A stretch of 64,000 nucleotides of DNA from a virus (taxonomy: Duplodnaviria > Heunggongvirae > Uroviricota > Caudoviricetes): the IMG/VR virus record IMGVR_UViG_3300034691_000069. One strand, written 5' to 3'. The notes under the pieces are model-generated. The model did not search any database and was not told the DNA's origin. It worked only from the letters and a program-made list of their open reading frames with translations. How positions within the stretch are numbered: the stretch's first letter is position 1; each line of letters begins with the position of its first letter. Of the stretch, positions 27,509-36,966 are shown piece by piece. The translations under genes were made by a program, and so were the position numbers.

Positions 27509-28129
27509 TTAAACCGCTGCTACCGAACCTTCCAGAGCGGTGGTCATGTCGGCTTCGAAGGCTTCCATTTCGCGTGGGGCAAAAGCGTCAGCAACCACTT
27601 TCACTTCGGCGTTGATGAAGGCACGAACTGCTTTGATGTTGTCGGCTACCAGCACTTTGTTGTCAAGGGTGGCAACATAGAGCTGAGTGTGGTTGATGTA
27701 GTTACGAACAGCGACCAGTTCCAGCGAGCTACCCAGCAGGAAGTCAACAGGCACGTTACCACCGTTGCTCAGCGAGAAACCTACAAACGAGTCGCCGTTT
27801 TCGACAGTGCGTTCTTCGAGGTCAACCACCACAACTTTGCTGGCTTTCAGCGAAGTGATTGGGGTCGATTTGTTCAGGAAAATCGTGCTGGCCTTGGCAC
27901 CCTTCGGTTTGGCGTAGCTGATAACTGCAAAACGGTTGTCGATGATGGTAACCGATTGAGCTTCACCGTTTTTCATGGTGAGCGTCATGACGTTTGGAAC
28001 GTCGGTTTTCGACAGGGTGAATTCTTGGGTCAGCATTTTCGAAACAGCCTTCATGTCTTTGTTGGCGGTGAAGATGCTACGCAGTTTAGCGGACATTGCG
28101 GAGTGGTTGAGAACAGTAGTCTTAGTCAT
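27509..28129 (-). CDS. hypothetical protein (206 aa)
   Basis: ORF track; promoter TTTTTCGGTATACT and GAAGGA RBS upstream; antisense track ORF 27491..28135 looks like a shadow (F/H/G-rich). Confidence 0.55.
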   Translation of the reverse strand: MTKTTVLNHSAMSAKLRSIFTANKDMKAVSKMLTQEFTLSKTDVPNVMTLTMKNGEAQSVTIIDNRFAVISYAKPKGAKASTIFLNKSTPITSLKASKVVVVDLEERTVENGDSFVGFSLSNGGNVPVDFLLGSSLELVAVRNYINHTQLYVATLDNKVLVADNIKAVRAFINAEVKVVADAFAPREMEAFEADMTTALEGSVAAV

Positions 28130-28201
28130 TTTTGATTTCCTTCACTTCGTTGATTTGATGGGTGTAGTATACCGAAAAACTCTTATTTGGACAAGCTTTT
28201 T

Positions 28202-28777
28202 TTACAGTTTTATCAAAAGATTTTCATCTTTATCTACTGCGAAAAGGCTCGAATGTTCGATAACGTCTTTCAAGTGTGCCAATTCGGCTTGAACACGCAC
28301 TTCTGGATTTTCTGGAAGGCGAGTGACGACAATCGAGACAACATCAGTCAAATTCGACCATGCGTTCAGGTGTTCTTGGCCGGGTTGTGCTGGCTTGATG
28401 ATGTGTTTTGCACGAAAACGAACATCACTGCCTTTAATGGTCAACACATCCGATTTCATGCTGTTCAGTCGGTCTGCCAAAGAAACAGATTCCAGCTCAA
28501 CCAGCAGATTGACCTTTTGGAAGTCAGCCAGTTCCAGTTTTTTAAGCTGTTGGCCCAAGTCGAATGTGCCTTTAGAAAGTTCTTCCGTGTTAGGAACAAC
28601 GGTGAAAATCTTGTGACCCATGCGGAAAGTGAACAGGTATTCTTGTGGAACAACCACTGCAGTCTTTTCCAACTGACTCACGGCCATTTTGATGCCAGAC
28701 TTGATTTGTTCAAGCTTGCGTTTCAATACGACACTGGATTTGATTTCAGAGAGATTACCAACATTGATAGTAGACAT
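28202..28777 (-). CDS. paralog family C member (191 aa; ...IKGSDVRF...W..LTD.V.IVVT(K/R)L...), related to 41455..42009
   Basis: ORF track; alignment to second copy. Confidence 0.55.
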   Translation of the reverse strand: MSTINVGNLSEIKSSVVLKRKLEQIKSGIKMAVSQLEKTAVVVPQEYLFTFRMGHKIFTVVPNTEELSKGTFDLGQQLKKLELADFQKVNLLVELESVSLADRLNSMKSDVLTIKGSDVRFRAKHIIKPAQPGQEHLNAWSNLTDVVSIVVTRLPENPEVRVQAELAHLKDVIEHSSLFAVDKDENLLIKL

Positions 28778-28860
28778 TTTTCATTTACCTGTTCAAGTTA
28801 AGATGAGGCTATTATAAAACAAAAAAGATATTTTAGCAACAAAAAGCCGCTAGAAAGAAG

Positions 28861-29511
28861 TTATTTTACTGATTCACCTAGACTGGAATACAAGTCATAT
28901 AATGAAATCGTTGGCTGAGGTGCGAGAGTTTTTCGAATATCCTGAAATTGCATGAAGGTATCAAACCAACGTGGAGAACTCCAACCATCAACTGTGAAAG
29001 CATTATCAGGATCAATTTTATGCTTCATGCTTAATGCAATAATTGTTGATTCAACCAATTCCAGAGCAGCCTTTTTCCAGCTACTTTCAATATAGTCTGG
29101 AATATTCAGAATCAGTGCATTGCTCGATAGTGTATCAAGATGAAAAAGATTCATTTTATCCTGAAATTTGAAATTGTTTTGTGCGAATTCATCAATATTT
29201 TCTTCAATGAATGCTAATTGCATCAATTCCATTTTTCGCTCAATTTTTGGAACATCATAAAAATCAGGGGCCAATTTAAGCAAATCATCATTCATATGAA
29301 GAGGTGCTTCGAGATGCGGAACTTTTGCCATTTTGACTTCTGGATTATTAACAGAATCAATTCCACTAACAACAACAAAACCATCTGCCGTCCAACAAGC
29401 GTCTGGATCTCGAAAGAGAACCTGAATAAGTACATCCAAACGACTTTTGAAAAGTGTAGGATAATTTAACAAATGGTTTTTTACAATAATATCGGCATGT
29501 TCTAGCGACAT
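28861..29511 (-). CDS. paralog family B member 1 (216 aa)
   Basis: tandem duplicate of 29614..30291 (shared ...NIP(D)..E(S/A)SWKKAALE(L/V)VE... block). Confidence 0.55.
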   Translation of the reverse strand: MSLEHADIIVKNHLLNYPTLFKSRLDVLIQVLFRDPDACWTADGFVVVSGIDSVNNPEVKMAKVPHLEAPLHMNDDLLKLAPDFYDVPKIERKMELMQLAFIEENIDEFAQNNFKFQDKMNLFHLDTLSSNALILNIPDYIESSWKKAALELVESTIIALSMKHKIDPDNAFTVDGWSSPRWFDTFMQFQDIRKTLAPQPTISLYDLYSSLGESVK

Positions 29512-29613
29512 AAAATAGCCTCACAAATGGATTCTGGCGTTATTATATAGATTTTTTAAAAAAAGACAACAAAAAAACGCTCGAAAGCGGCATTTTAATG
29601 ATTTTAACTGTTT

Positions 29614-30291
29614 TTATTTGGGATTGACAACCGAATCCCACATGGCCGATATATCGAGAACTGCTCGATTAGACACAGGTGGTGAAAGCTGTTCACGAAC
29701 ATTATGAAACTTTTCATACATGCTGGCCCAATAACCCATCCGCCAGTTTTCAGCTTTCAACGGGTCGTTTTTTTCACCGTTAAGACTTTTCGAAATAAAT
29801 TTTTCATTCTTCAATGCCAAGATAACAGCCTCAACCACTTCCAGAGCCGCTTTTTTCCAACTGGCTTCAACATTGTCAGGGATATTGAAAATGAGTGGAT
29901 TACTGGCATTGGCAGTCAATACTTCTGCTTTCAATCCGGGTTGATGAGACAGGTTCTTTTTGGCATAGATATCAATGTTCTTTTCCATGAAGGCATATTG
30001 CATAATTTCAAGTTCACGCTCTACCAATCTAGCCTCATAGTAATCAGGCATCATTTCCTGAATTTCTTTGTCAATGGCAAGCGGTTTAACCAAATGATCC
30101 GGCATCGACATGACTGCTTTTCGAGGATTGGTGTCTTTTACTTTGTGAATATGAACACAACCATCTTCGCCCCACTGTGCGAAAGGCTCACGCAAAAGAA
30201 TATGAGACAATACGGACAAACGACTTTTTGACGTAAGCGGGCTAGTCAACATGATACGTTTAACAATGATTTCAGCGTGAGTCAATTTCAT
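29614..30291 (-). CDS. paralog family B member 2 (225 aa)
   Basis: tandem duplicate of 28861..29511. Confidence 0.55.
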   Translation of the reverse strand: MKLTHAEIIVKRIMLTSPLTSKSRLSVLSHILLREPFAQWGEDGCVHIHKVKDTNPRKAVMSMPDHLVKPLAIDKEIQEMMPDYYEARLVERELEIMQYAFMEKNIDIYAKKNLSHQPGLKAEVLTANASNPLIFNIPDNVEASWKKAALEVVEAVILALKNEKFISKSLNGEKNDPLKAENWRMGYWASMYEKFHNVREQLSPPVSNRAVLDISAMWDSVVNPK

Positions 30292-30387
30292 TTGCGTAGC
30301 CTCATGGATTTATCTATACGCCATTATACAGATTTATCAAGAATTAGACAACAAAAAACAGCTCGAAAGCGGCTTTTTTTTAATATG

Positions 30388-30702
30388 TTATGCTTTGTGA
30401 GGTCGGATATTACAGTCACCAGAAACAATGAGTTTTTCTTGAGTATCCTGCTCGTAAACATCAATTCTTAGAGTTTGATAGTCAATGCCACGATACAATA
30501 TAATATTTTCATGCTTATAAGTGACAATGCCACCTGAGCTACAAATAATATCTTGCGGGCCGTTATCTCGATAAGTATCAATTTCTTTTTGATATTTAAT
30601 CATATTAGCAGTGCTTGATTGTTCAGCTTTTGATGCTTTCAACTCATCCAAACAACCAGTGAGCAAGAAAGGTATAATCAAAAAACACAGTAATTTTTTC
30701 AT
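30388..30702 (-). CDS. small lipoprotein (lipobox LLTGC)
   Basis: signal peptide + Cys lipobox. Confidence 0.55.
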   Translation of the reverse strand: MKKLLCFLIIPFLLTGCLDELKASKAEQSSTANMIKYQKEIDTYRDNGPQDIICSSGGIVTYKHENIILYRGIDYQTLRIDVYEQDTQEKLIVSGDCNIRPHKA

Positions 30703-30715
30703 GATGACTCCAATA

Positions 30716-31003
30716 TTATTTAAGTTTATGAATAGGTGCTGGCGGTCTTGCGGTTTTCGGTGTAATCAAATCAAATTGAACACGCCCTTTAACAAACCCA
30801 AACACGTCAAGGTCATACTGAGATACACGCGGGTCATCAACAGTCAAATGTTCCAAATGATCAACAAAATCATTGAACTCTTTTACGGTTTGAAAAGCCA
30901 CTTCTGCTGTTTTTGGACCACCCATGTAGTAATGGCCGTGGCTGGATTTGCAGAAAGCATGGGCGTAACCATGACGGTTAACAATGCTTGCAGTAAAGGG
31001 CAT
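30716..31003 (-). CDS. hypothetical protein (95 aa)
   Basis: ORF track. Confidence 0.5.
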   Translation of the reverse strand: MPFTASIVNRHGYAHAFCKSSHGHYYMGGPKTAEVAFQTVKEFNDFVDHLEHLTVDDPRVSQYDLDVFGFVKGRVQFDLITPKTARPPAPIHKLK

Positions 31004-31124
31004 GTAAGTCTCCTGAATAGTTTCAATAGGTGAAGTATAGCAAAAAATACAATATTCGTAAAGCTATTTTTGACTGTAAACAAAAAAGCCCTAGAAAACT
31101 AGGGCCGTTTTATTAAACCGTCAC

Positions 31125-32246
31125 TTACTCGGGGATAGGCACTTGTTTACGAGCAAACACCATGATAGCGGCTTGTTTGTAATCAATTTCATCACCCGAA
31201 AACTTGCTCATCAACACCGACAGAAGCAATGGAGCCACTTCTTTGGCTTTACGAGCGTAATCGCCACGTTCCAAACCTTTATGCTCATCGTAGAAGCTGT
31301 CAACCGTGCGAACAAGGTAATGGTAGCTTTTACGGGCGTAGTCTTCGACTTCATCCAAGCGAGCCAGAATTTCAGCCAGTGGGAAATTATCGCTGTGTGT
31401 CCGGTAGTGATACAACGAACGGATTTCATCCAGAATTTCATGAAGGGTTGCTTCATAAATAACCTGACGTTCCTTCGAACGATCCTGAATGTTGACCACT
31501 GCCGACATTTTCAGGTAAGGAATGGTCTTGACCTTATACATGTCAGGGCCGATTTCAATCACATAACCTTCGATATCGGGGTCATTCACGTTGATTTCAT
31601 TAACGGGAATACGCTTCACCAGATGGGCAGCAATGACCGGATATTCTGCGGCAAATTCTGCCGAACGAATGTCCACATAAGCCCCTGTGTTCATGTCGCG
31701 GGCTTTCAACACATGAACTTCGTAGGTAGTGTATTCGATGAAAACACGGTTTTTCGGCGTGGTCAGTTCCAAGTCAACCGAAACACCTGTGCGGGTCAGC
31801 CGTTCAACGTCTGCGTGCAATTCTGGACTGATAGACTGTTCAACAAGGCCGTAATCAGCAAACGTAGGCTTCTTTTTACTCTTGTAGTAAAGAGTATCAT
31901 TGATCGGAGAAATATAGCTGGTGAGCAACGAGCCATCGGGTTTCAGATAAGCATGGTCGGCTTCTTCTGGCTTCACCTTTTGCGTTTCAGGGGTTTCGCC
32001 CAAGGAAAAGAATTTCTGCATTGGCAATGCCACCAGCATTGGCTCAGAACCGCCCATATAGAACATGACACCACGGCAATCCTTAGCACCCGGAAGTTTG
32101 AATTCGGAATGCTTTGGAATGTCATAGTTGAAGACACGGTAAGTCCCGCCGTCTACCGCCGAGATTTCATCACGGTATTTGAAAGACCCCGGATTAGTCA
32201 CCAGCAGGTGCATCAGTTGGGCATACAGTTCTTGTTGATAAGTCAT
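31125..32246 (-). CDS. rnlA: RNA ligase 1 (T4 gp63/Rnl1 homolog); start taken at second Met (GGAG RBS)
   Basis: similarity to T4 Rnl1 including YR(V/I)F.Y...LP...CRG(V/I)MF, nucleotidyltransferase motif I KPDGSL and motif IV EGYVI; antisense 373-aa track ORF is a shadow. Confidence 0.8.
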   Translation of the reverse strand: MTYQQELYAQLMHLLVTNPGSFKYRDEISAVDGGTYRVFNYDIPKHSEFKLPGAKDCRGVMFYMGGSEPMLVALPMQKFFSLGETPETQKVKPEEADHAYLKPDGSLLTSYISPINDTLYYKSKKKPTFADYGLVEQSISPELHADVERLTRTGVSVDLELTTPKNRVFIEYTTYEVHVLKARDMNTGAYVDIRSAEFAAEYPVIAAHLVKRIPVNEINVNDPDIEGYVIEIGPDMYKVKTIPYLKMSAVVNIQDRSKERQVIYEATLHEILDEIRSLYHYRTHSDNFPLAEILARLDEVEDYARKSYHYLVRTVDSFYDEHKGLERGDYARKAKEVAPLLLSVLMSKFSGDEIDYKQAAIMVFARKQVPIPE

Positions 32247-32302
32247 GTGAATCTCCATGATTAAATTGTCTGAATCTATTATATCAAAAACTGATTTTTA
32301 AT

Positions 32303-32623
32303 TCAAACTTTTCTTCGTGCTTGCATAATTTTATTGAGCATGTCGCCTTGAACATCACAAAAACCTTTCGGCCAAGCAGACAGTTCAAATTTGCTATCCA
32401 TTGTGATATCGGCATCATCAAAGACAAATACAACATCGTCAACACTGATTTTCTTTTCAGCAGCAGCCAAGCGGAATGCTGTGATGACACTGGCCGTCGA
32501 AGTCGTGTAGCTCACATCGCCAAGATGACGCAAAGAAATCAGTTCATCCACCAGACCGAGACACAATCCATCTGGGGTTGCAACACCATTCGTTGGGTCA
32601 TAGGTAATTCGAAATTTAGTCAT
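32303..32623 (-). CDS. hypothetical protein, paralog of 12105..12416 (start moved to MTKFRITYDP..., AGAGG RBS; first ATG of track ORF overlaps the promoter -10)
   Basis: ORF track with start correction; paralogy. Confidence 0.55.
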   Translation of the reverse strand: MTKFRITYDPTNGVATPDGLCLGLVDELISLRHLGDVSYTTSTASVITAFRLAAAEKKISVDDVVFVFDDADITMDSKFELSAWPKGFCDVQGDMLNKIMQARRKV

Positions 32624-32714
32624 AGAAACCTCTGTGGTAATCAGTGGATTATACATGAAATATTGTTTTTAAACAATGAAAAAGACAGTCAAAGACTGCC
32701 TTTTATTTTGATCT

Positions 32715-33098
32715 TTACGCTTTTGCGTCCATCGCTTCTTTCTGTTCAAGATAGAAGACATAAAGGCGAGTGTATTCAATGGTGGCAGAAAAACGCGAAT
32801 AGTTCCGTGGCGGCTCTGAATACGCTTCGGGTTCTTCGGTTATCCACCAAGAGTTGAAAAATCTACGCAGTTTTTGAGCCAGTTCCATCATAACCACCGC
32901 CGAAACGTCTGGAAACATCATGGCAACCAGTTGAAAGTTGGGTGGGCAAGCAATAGTTTCCTCGATACCAGAAGAACCATCTTCAACCAAAGACCAACAA
33001 ACAACAGACGTGTCACCTTTACGGAACCGTGCTATGAAATTCAAAAAATCTGTGTTTGTAATATCTACATCGGCTGCTTTTTCACGAATAGTTTTCAT
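32715..33098 (-). CDS. hypothetical protein
   Basis: ORF track. Confidence 0.5.
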   Translation of the reverse strand: MKTIREKAADVDITNTDFLNFIARFRKGDTSVVCWSLVEDGSSGIEETIACPPNFQLVAMMFPDVSAVVMMELAQKLRRFFNSWWITEEPEAYSEPPRNYSRFSATIEYTRLYVFYLEQKEAMDAKA

Positions 33099-33216
33099 CG
33101 AATAAACCTCTGTTTTGAATAAATTGATTATACATCAAAAACTAAAAATTAACAACCAAAAAATAGATTTTTATAAAAAAGCCCTGCAAATGCAGGGCTT
33201 CTTTCTTCATGCTGAG

Positions 33217-34338
33217 TTAAACGGGAGCGGACAAGTCGCCAAGCTCAATTTGTTCCAACGACCAATCAACCAGATGGTTTTTAGAGTAGTGATACAGGTA
33301 GTCGTTTTTGTGACCACGAATTGCCCCCATAACAAAACCAAAGTGTTTGTGGCCTTTGAGTTGGATTGCTGCAGTTTTCACGTCAACACCTTGGAATGCA
33401 GCAGCAATATCATCAACCTCTTTCGACAACGCTTCAATCGAAGCTTTGATAGCGTCATTGATACGATAAATTTCACTCAAATCAGCCGTTGGCGAGTTTA
33501 GCGACAAATAAGCAATGTAATCATCAAGTTTTTCTTCGACCACCAAACGAGCAATATCACGTTCACGAACAAAGCTAACCGCATGATGGAGATTCATATA
33601 CCATTTGGTTTTGATTTTGATCATGTTACCGTTAACGAATTGAATAACATAGCCTTCAATCCCTTCAACCGTGTTCAGCGACTTCAAAAGGGAAGCCAAA
33701 TCAAATTCTTCACCAAACAGTGGCTTGTTAACAGGAATATCAAACAACAACGCCAGTTGGTCTTTTTCAGCAGGCATTAAGTAATCGCCTGTGATGTTGT
33801 GACGAACATGAAGCAATGTCATGTTGTCTTCGTCATAACGCAAAACGATACGATGCTTTGGCGAAGTGAATTCAAAAATTGGCGTCAGTTGGGCCTGAGA
33901 GCAATATTTGGTGAACTCGTAGTATTTCTGGTTACGAGAGACAAAGCCTTCTGCCGAAACAGCCACATCCGATTTGAAAGACTTCTTGGACTTAGCAAAG
34001 AATTCGCCTTTGAACAGACCTGTGGTAATCATGGAGCCATCCATTTTATCAAACCCGGCAACCATAGTGTTCCAATCCAAAACGGCTGGCTGGACTTCTG
34101 CACGCTCTGCCAAGTTGAAGAATTTGTGCAATGGACGCGACAGTATTTTACCGTTGTCGTCAAAGGTAATACCGCGAGCTTCCTTTTCAACCGGAGTGTT
34201 GAAAGAGTCACCGTTGCTGATGTTGTAGCAAACGATGTCGGCACCGTTATCCTGTTTGTTAACAGAAATATAGGCACGGTCTTTGATATGAGGAATCATA
34301 TCATCAAGGGTTTCAATACGGGGGAAGATGCTGGACAT
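33217..34338 (-). CDS. second Rnl1-family RNA ligase (paralog of rnlA, diverged)
   Basis: EARGITFDDNGKILSRPLHKFFNL (cf. T4 Rnl1 ECRGIMFEMDG...RPMEKFFNL), motif I KMDGSM, motif IV GIEGYVIQF...IKIKTKWY. Confidence 0.7.
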   Translation of the reverse strand: MSSIFPRIETLDDMIPHIKDRAYISVNKQDNGADIVCYNISNGDSFNTPVEKEARGITFDDNGKILSRPLHKFFNLAERAEVQPAVLDWNTMVAGFDKMDGSMITTGLFKGEFFAKSKKSFKSDVAVSAEGFVSRNQKYYEFTKYCSQAQLTPIFEFTSPKHRIVLRYDEDNMTLLHVRHNITGDYLMPAEKDQLALLFDIPVNKPLFGEEFDLASLLKSLNTVEGIEGYVIQFVNGNMIKIKTKWYMNLHHAVSFVRERDIARLVVEEKLDDYIAYLSLNSPTADLSEIYRINDAIKASIEALSKEVDDIAAAFQGVDVKTAAIQLKGHKHFGFVMGAIRGHKNDYLYHYSKNHLVDWSLEQIELGDLSAPV

Positions 34339-34465
34339 GATTCAAATCTCTACTGGTTTGAGTTGGACTATTATATCGAAATACAGCAGTGAAGGCAAGT
34401 CAAAAATGATATTTTTAAAATAAAAAGCAGCCCCGAAGGACTGCTAATTAATAACCTTGTTGAGA

Positions 34466-34807
34466 TTATGCCGTAATCGTCAAACCTGAGTATTCAACTT
34501 CGCGGCAATCAACACTGACCGAAAGGCGGGAACCATCGAAAAGGGTTGGCAGTTTGCTTTCGTCTACTGCACTGTGCAAATAGAGTTCAGCCACACAAAT
34601 TTTACGTTCTTTGTCAAAGCTCAGCACCTGAAACTCATAAACATTCTTATGATAGATTTCAGCATCCAAGTGAAAAAAGTCGTAGGTGTCGTCACGAAGA
34701 ACAGTATCCAATTTGAAAGTGATGGTTACGGTAGTGATGGACATGATGGTAAACCCCTTTGGTTTTAATGGAGCCATTATAACAACGAGTGAAAACAAAA
34801 ACAACAT
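34466..34807 (-). CDS. hypothetical protein
   Basis: ORF track. Confidence 0.5.
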   Translation of the reverse strand: MLFLFSLVVIMAPLKPKGFTIMSITTVTITFKLDTVLRDDTYDFFHLDAEIYHKNVYEFQVLSFDKERKICVAELYLHSAVDESKLPTLFDGSRLSVSVDCREVEYSGLTITA

Positions 34808-34871
34808 TTATCTTAGTTTAAGTCAAAAAAAAGCAGACCCGAAAGCCTGCTTTTCTGACCATCGCTACGGC

Positions 34872-35126
34872 TTAAATCTGGCGGCGAAGGTTCTTCACTT
34901 CTTTATCACGGCTACCCAAAGTCAATTGATTGTCGATAGCATCCAGCAAAACAGCTTTGGCAACAACTTTACCAAGGGCAATATGTGTCGAGGTGTCTTC
35001 GGTGATGTTCAGGGCACCACATTCAACAGCTTTCAGCAATTTAGCCCGAGCGTCGGCCAGAACACGGTCGATCATGTCAGTAGCTTCTTCAATCACGCTT
35101 TCTTTTGGAGTTTGAACGGTAGTCAT
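34872..35126 (-). CDS. hypothetical protein (84 aa)
   Basis: ORF track. Confidence 0.45.
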   Translation of the reverse strand: MTTVQTPKESVIEEATDMIDRVLADARAKLLKAVECGALNITEDTSTHIALGKVVAKAVLLDAIDNQLTLGSRDKEVKNLRRQI

Positions 35127-35203
35127 GGCGAATCCTCTTCGTAAATGTAGGCTGATTATACAATAAAATGTGATTTATAGCAAACACAATTAGGATGATT
35201 TTT

Positions 35204-35231
35204 TTGACTTTATAATAAATAAAAGTATTAT
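35204..35231 (+). promoter_or_regulatory. plus-strand promoter TTGACT-16-TATTAT
   Basis: upstream of 35265 moron gene. Confidence 0.45.
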
Positions 35232-35264
35232 GATATAAGAGAATAAATACAAAAAATACTAAAA

Positions 35265-35684
35265 ATGAAAAAAATAATCATAAGTCTGTCAATTTTGATG
35301 ATTACATCAATATCACTTGCAAGTTATGAAGTGGTAATAAAGCCAGAATCACATCTTAATAAAGGTGATATAGTTTTTATTAATGACACACAAGTTCCAC
35401 CAATTCCACCAATTGTAACGGAACCAACCAAGCCAGATGGTTATGAATGTGATACATATAGTGAGTCAAAAACATGGACAAAAGTATTTAGAAATCATAT
35501 AACTTATGGAAACTCAATTCGATATTTAAGATGGCAAAACAGAATCTATGTAGATTCAGGATATACAAAAAAATTAAAATTCCCACTTACAGCCGAAGGA
35601 TATGTTTATATAACTGGTGAATTAGCTAGAACTGATAGTGCATATGATTACTATCAAGTCTGCAGGTATCCAACTATTAAATAA
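35265..35684 (+). CDS. small secreted protein (signal peptide; AT-rich moron)
   Basis: ORF track; own promoter; terminator aaaaaaggccaactagtggccttttt right after stop. Confidence 0.55.
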   Translation: MKKIIISLSILMITSISLASYEVVIKPESHLNKGDIVFINDTQVPPIPPIVTEPTKPDGYECDTYSESKTWTKVFRNHITYGNSIRYLRWQNRIYVDSGYTKKLKFPLTAEGYVYITGELARTDSAYDYYQVCRYPTIK

Positions 35685-35696
35685 TAATTAAAACAA

Positions 35697-35725
35697 CAAA
35701 AAAGGCCAACTAGTGGCCTTTTTCT
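35697..35725. terminator. bidirectional terminator (ggccaCTAGtggcc hairpin flanked by A-run and T-run)
   Basis: palindromic stem between convergent genes. Confidence 0.55.
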
Positions 35726-35735
35726 TTGTGTTGCT

Positions 35736-36590
35736 TTACTGCTTTGGTTGAACGATGGGCTGTGGAACTGTTACCCCTTGTGGAAGGGAGCCACCACCAC
35801 CCAAGACAATCAACATGTTGACGTTATCTTTCTTTTTGACCGTTTCAACAATCTCACGCTGGTTGTCAATTTCACGACCTCGCAAGTATTGCTCAGGTGT
35901 CATTTTCATTTTGCTCATGTATTCATTGTCAGCAGCAGCTTTGTTGGTTTCAGCTTCTTTTCGCTGAGTTTCAGCAGACGCTCGTTCAATTTCAGTTAAT
36001 GCACGTTGAATTTGAGCTTCTGTCCGAGCAGTTTCTGCAAGAACTTCATCTGGCGGCATAATTGCACCGATAGTTACAGCCAAAATTCGAACCGGAATGC
36101 CTTTTGCTACAACAATGTCAACCATTTTCTTGTAAACATCGTCTTCACCTGAGTCAGTCACTGTCTGTTCTGTAGTGAGTTGCTTCACAGTGTGTTTTCG
36201 AGCAAAGTCACGAAGCATGTTTTGAAAGTCTTTTTTCAAGTTGTTATCATACATTGCATTACCAAAGCTTTCATGGTAGATGTAAGCTTTTTCAGGAATG
36301 ATTTCATAACGAACCACCGCTTTAAAGTCTACAGGAGTCGAGTTAATGGTTGCCAAGTCATTAAACGCCTCTTCTTTCTGAATAGGTTTAATGTCATAGC
36401 GGTGCATGATGGAAGTTGGCGAGATATAATAGCGATCACCACCTTTATAAACTTCTTTCTCTACACCACCAGTGCCGAAGTAGGGGTGTTTTTCAACCAC
36501 ACCGACAAAACCCGCATCTAAGGTTTCAGAACACCCACTGAGGGCAACTGAGGCCAGAAGAACAAGAGAAGCAAAAATCTTTTTAAGCAT
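35736..36590 (-). CDS. SPFH/band-7 (prohibitin/HflKC-like) lipoprotein
   Basis: lipobox LSGC; central SPFH-like region followed by Ala/Glu-rich coiled-coil (ETARTEAQIQRALTEIERASAETQRKEAE). Confidence 0.55.
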   Translation of the reverse strand: MLKKIFASLVLLASVALSGCSETLDAGFVGVVEKHPYFGTGGVEKEVYKGGDRYYISPTSIMHRYDIKPIQKEEAFNDLATINSTPVDFKAVVRYEIIPEKAYIYHESFGNAMYDNNLKKDFQNMLRDFARKHTVKQLTTEQTVTDSGEDDVYKKMVDIVVAKGIPVRILAVTIGAIMPPDEVLAETARTEAQIQRALTEIERASAETQRKEAETNKAAADNEYMSKMKMTPEQYLRGREIDNQREIVETVKKKDNVNMLIVLGGGGSLPQGVTVPQPIVQPKQ

Positions 36591-36668
36591 TGATGTGTAT
36601 CCTTATGTGTTTTAGGTTAGTGAGAAACGAGTGTAACAAATATTACCTTTTAAAACAAGCTTTATTAA

Positions 36669-36902
36669 TCAATAAAGCGGGGTTTGTTCAAATTCATCCA
36701 GCGTCTGGTTAGCCAGATCGAGATCAGCTTTCAGTTGTTCACTGATTTCTTTGCCTGCAGTGTCAGCAGTCACACTTTCAACAAGGCAACCCAACAGCGA
36801 AATAAGACGTTCATTACGGGCCATCAGCATGGCAACCGCCTTGGCTTCGACAGTGTTGTTCGATTGCGATTCTGCTTGGTCTTCTTGAAGTTGGCTTTTC
36901 AT
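36669..36902 (-). CDS. hypothetical protein (77 aa)
   Basis: ORF track. Confidence 0.45.
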   Translation of the reverse strand: MKSQLQEDQAESQSNNTVEAKAVAMLMARNERLISLLGCLVESVTADTAGKEISEQLKADLDLANQTLDEFEQTPLY

Positions 36903-36966
36903 GGTGACACCTCTTAAATTGAAAATTGATTATATCATTGTTTGCAAAACATAACAAACATTTTTG

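Noticed and set aside
31143-32264. 373-aa plus-strand ORF exactly mirroring the RNA ligase gene. Similar long plus-strand ORFs lie at 26649-27410, 27491-28135, 28187-28801, 23758-24462, 33799-34392, 59059-59817, 21608-22117 and 5745-6281.
   Set aside because: These are shadow ORFs antisense to minus-strand genes that have recognisable homology (Rnl1), RBSs and promoters. Their translations are F/H/G/C-rich nonsense. None has its own promoter or RBS.
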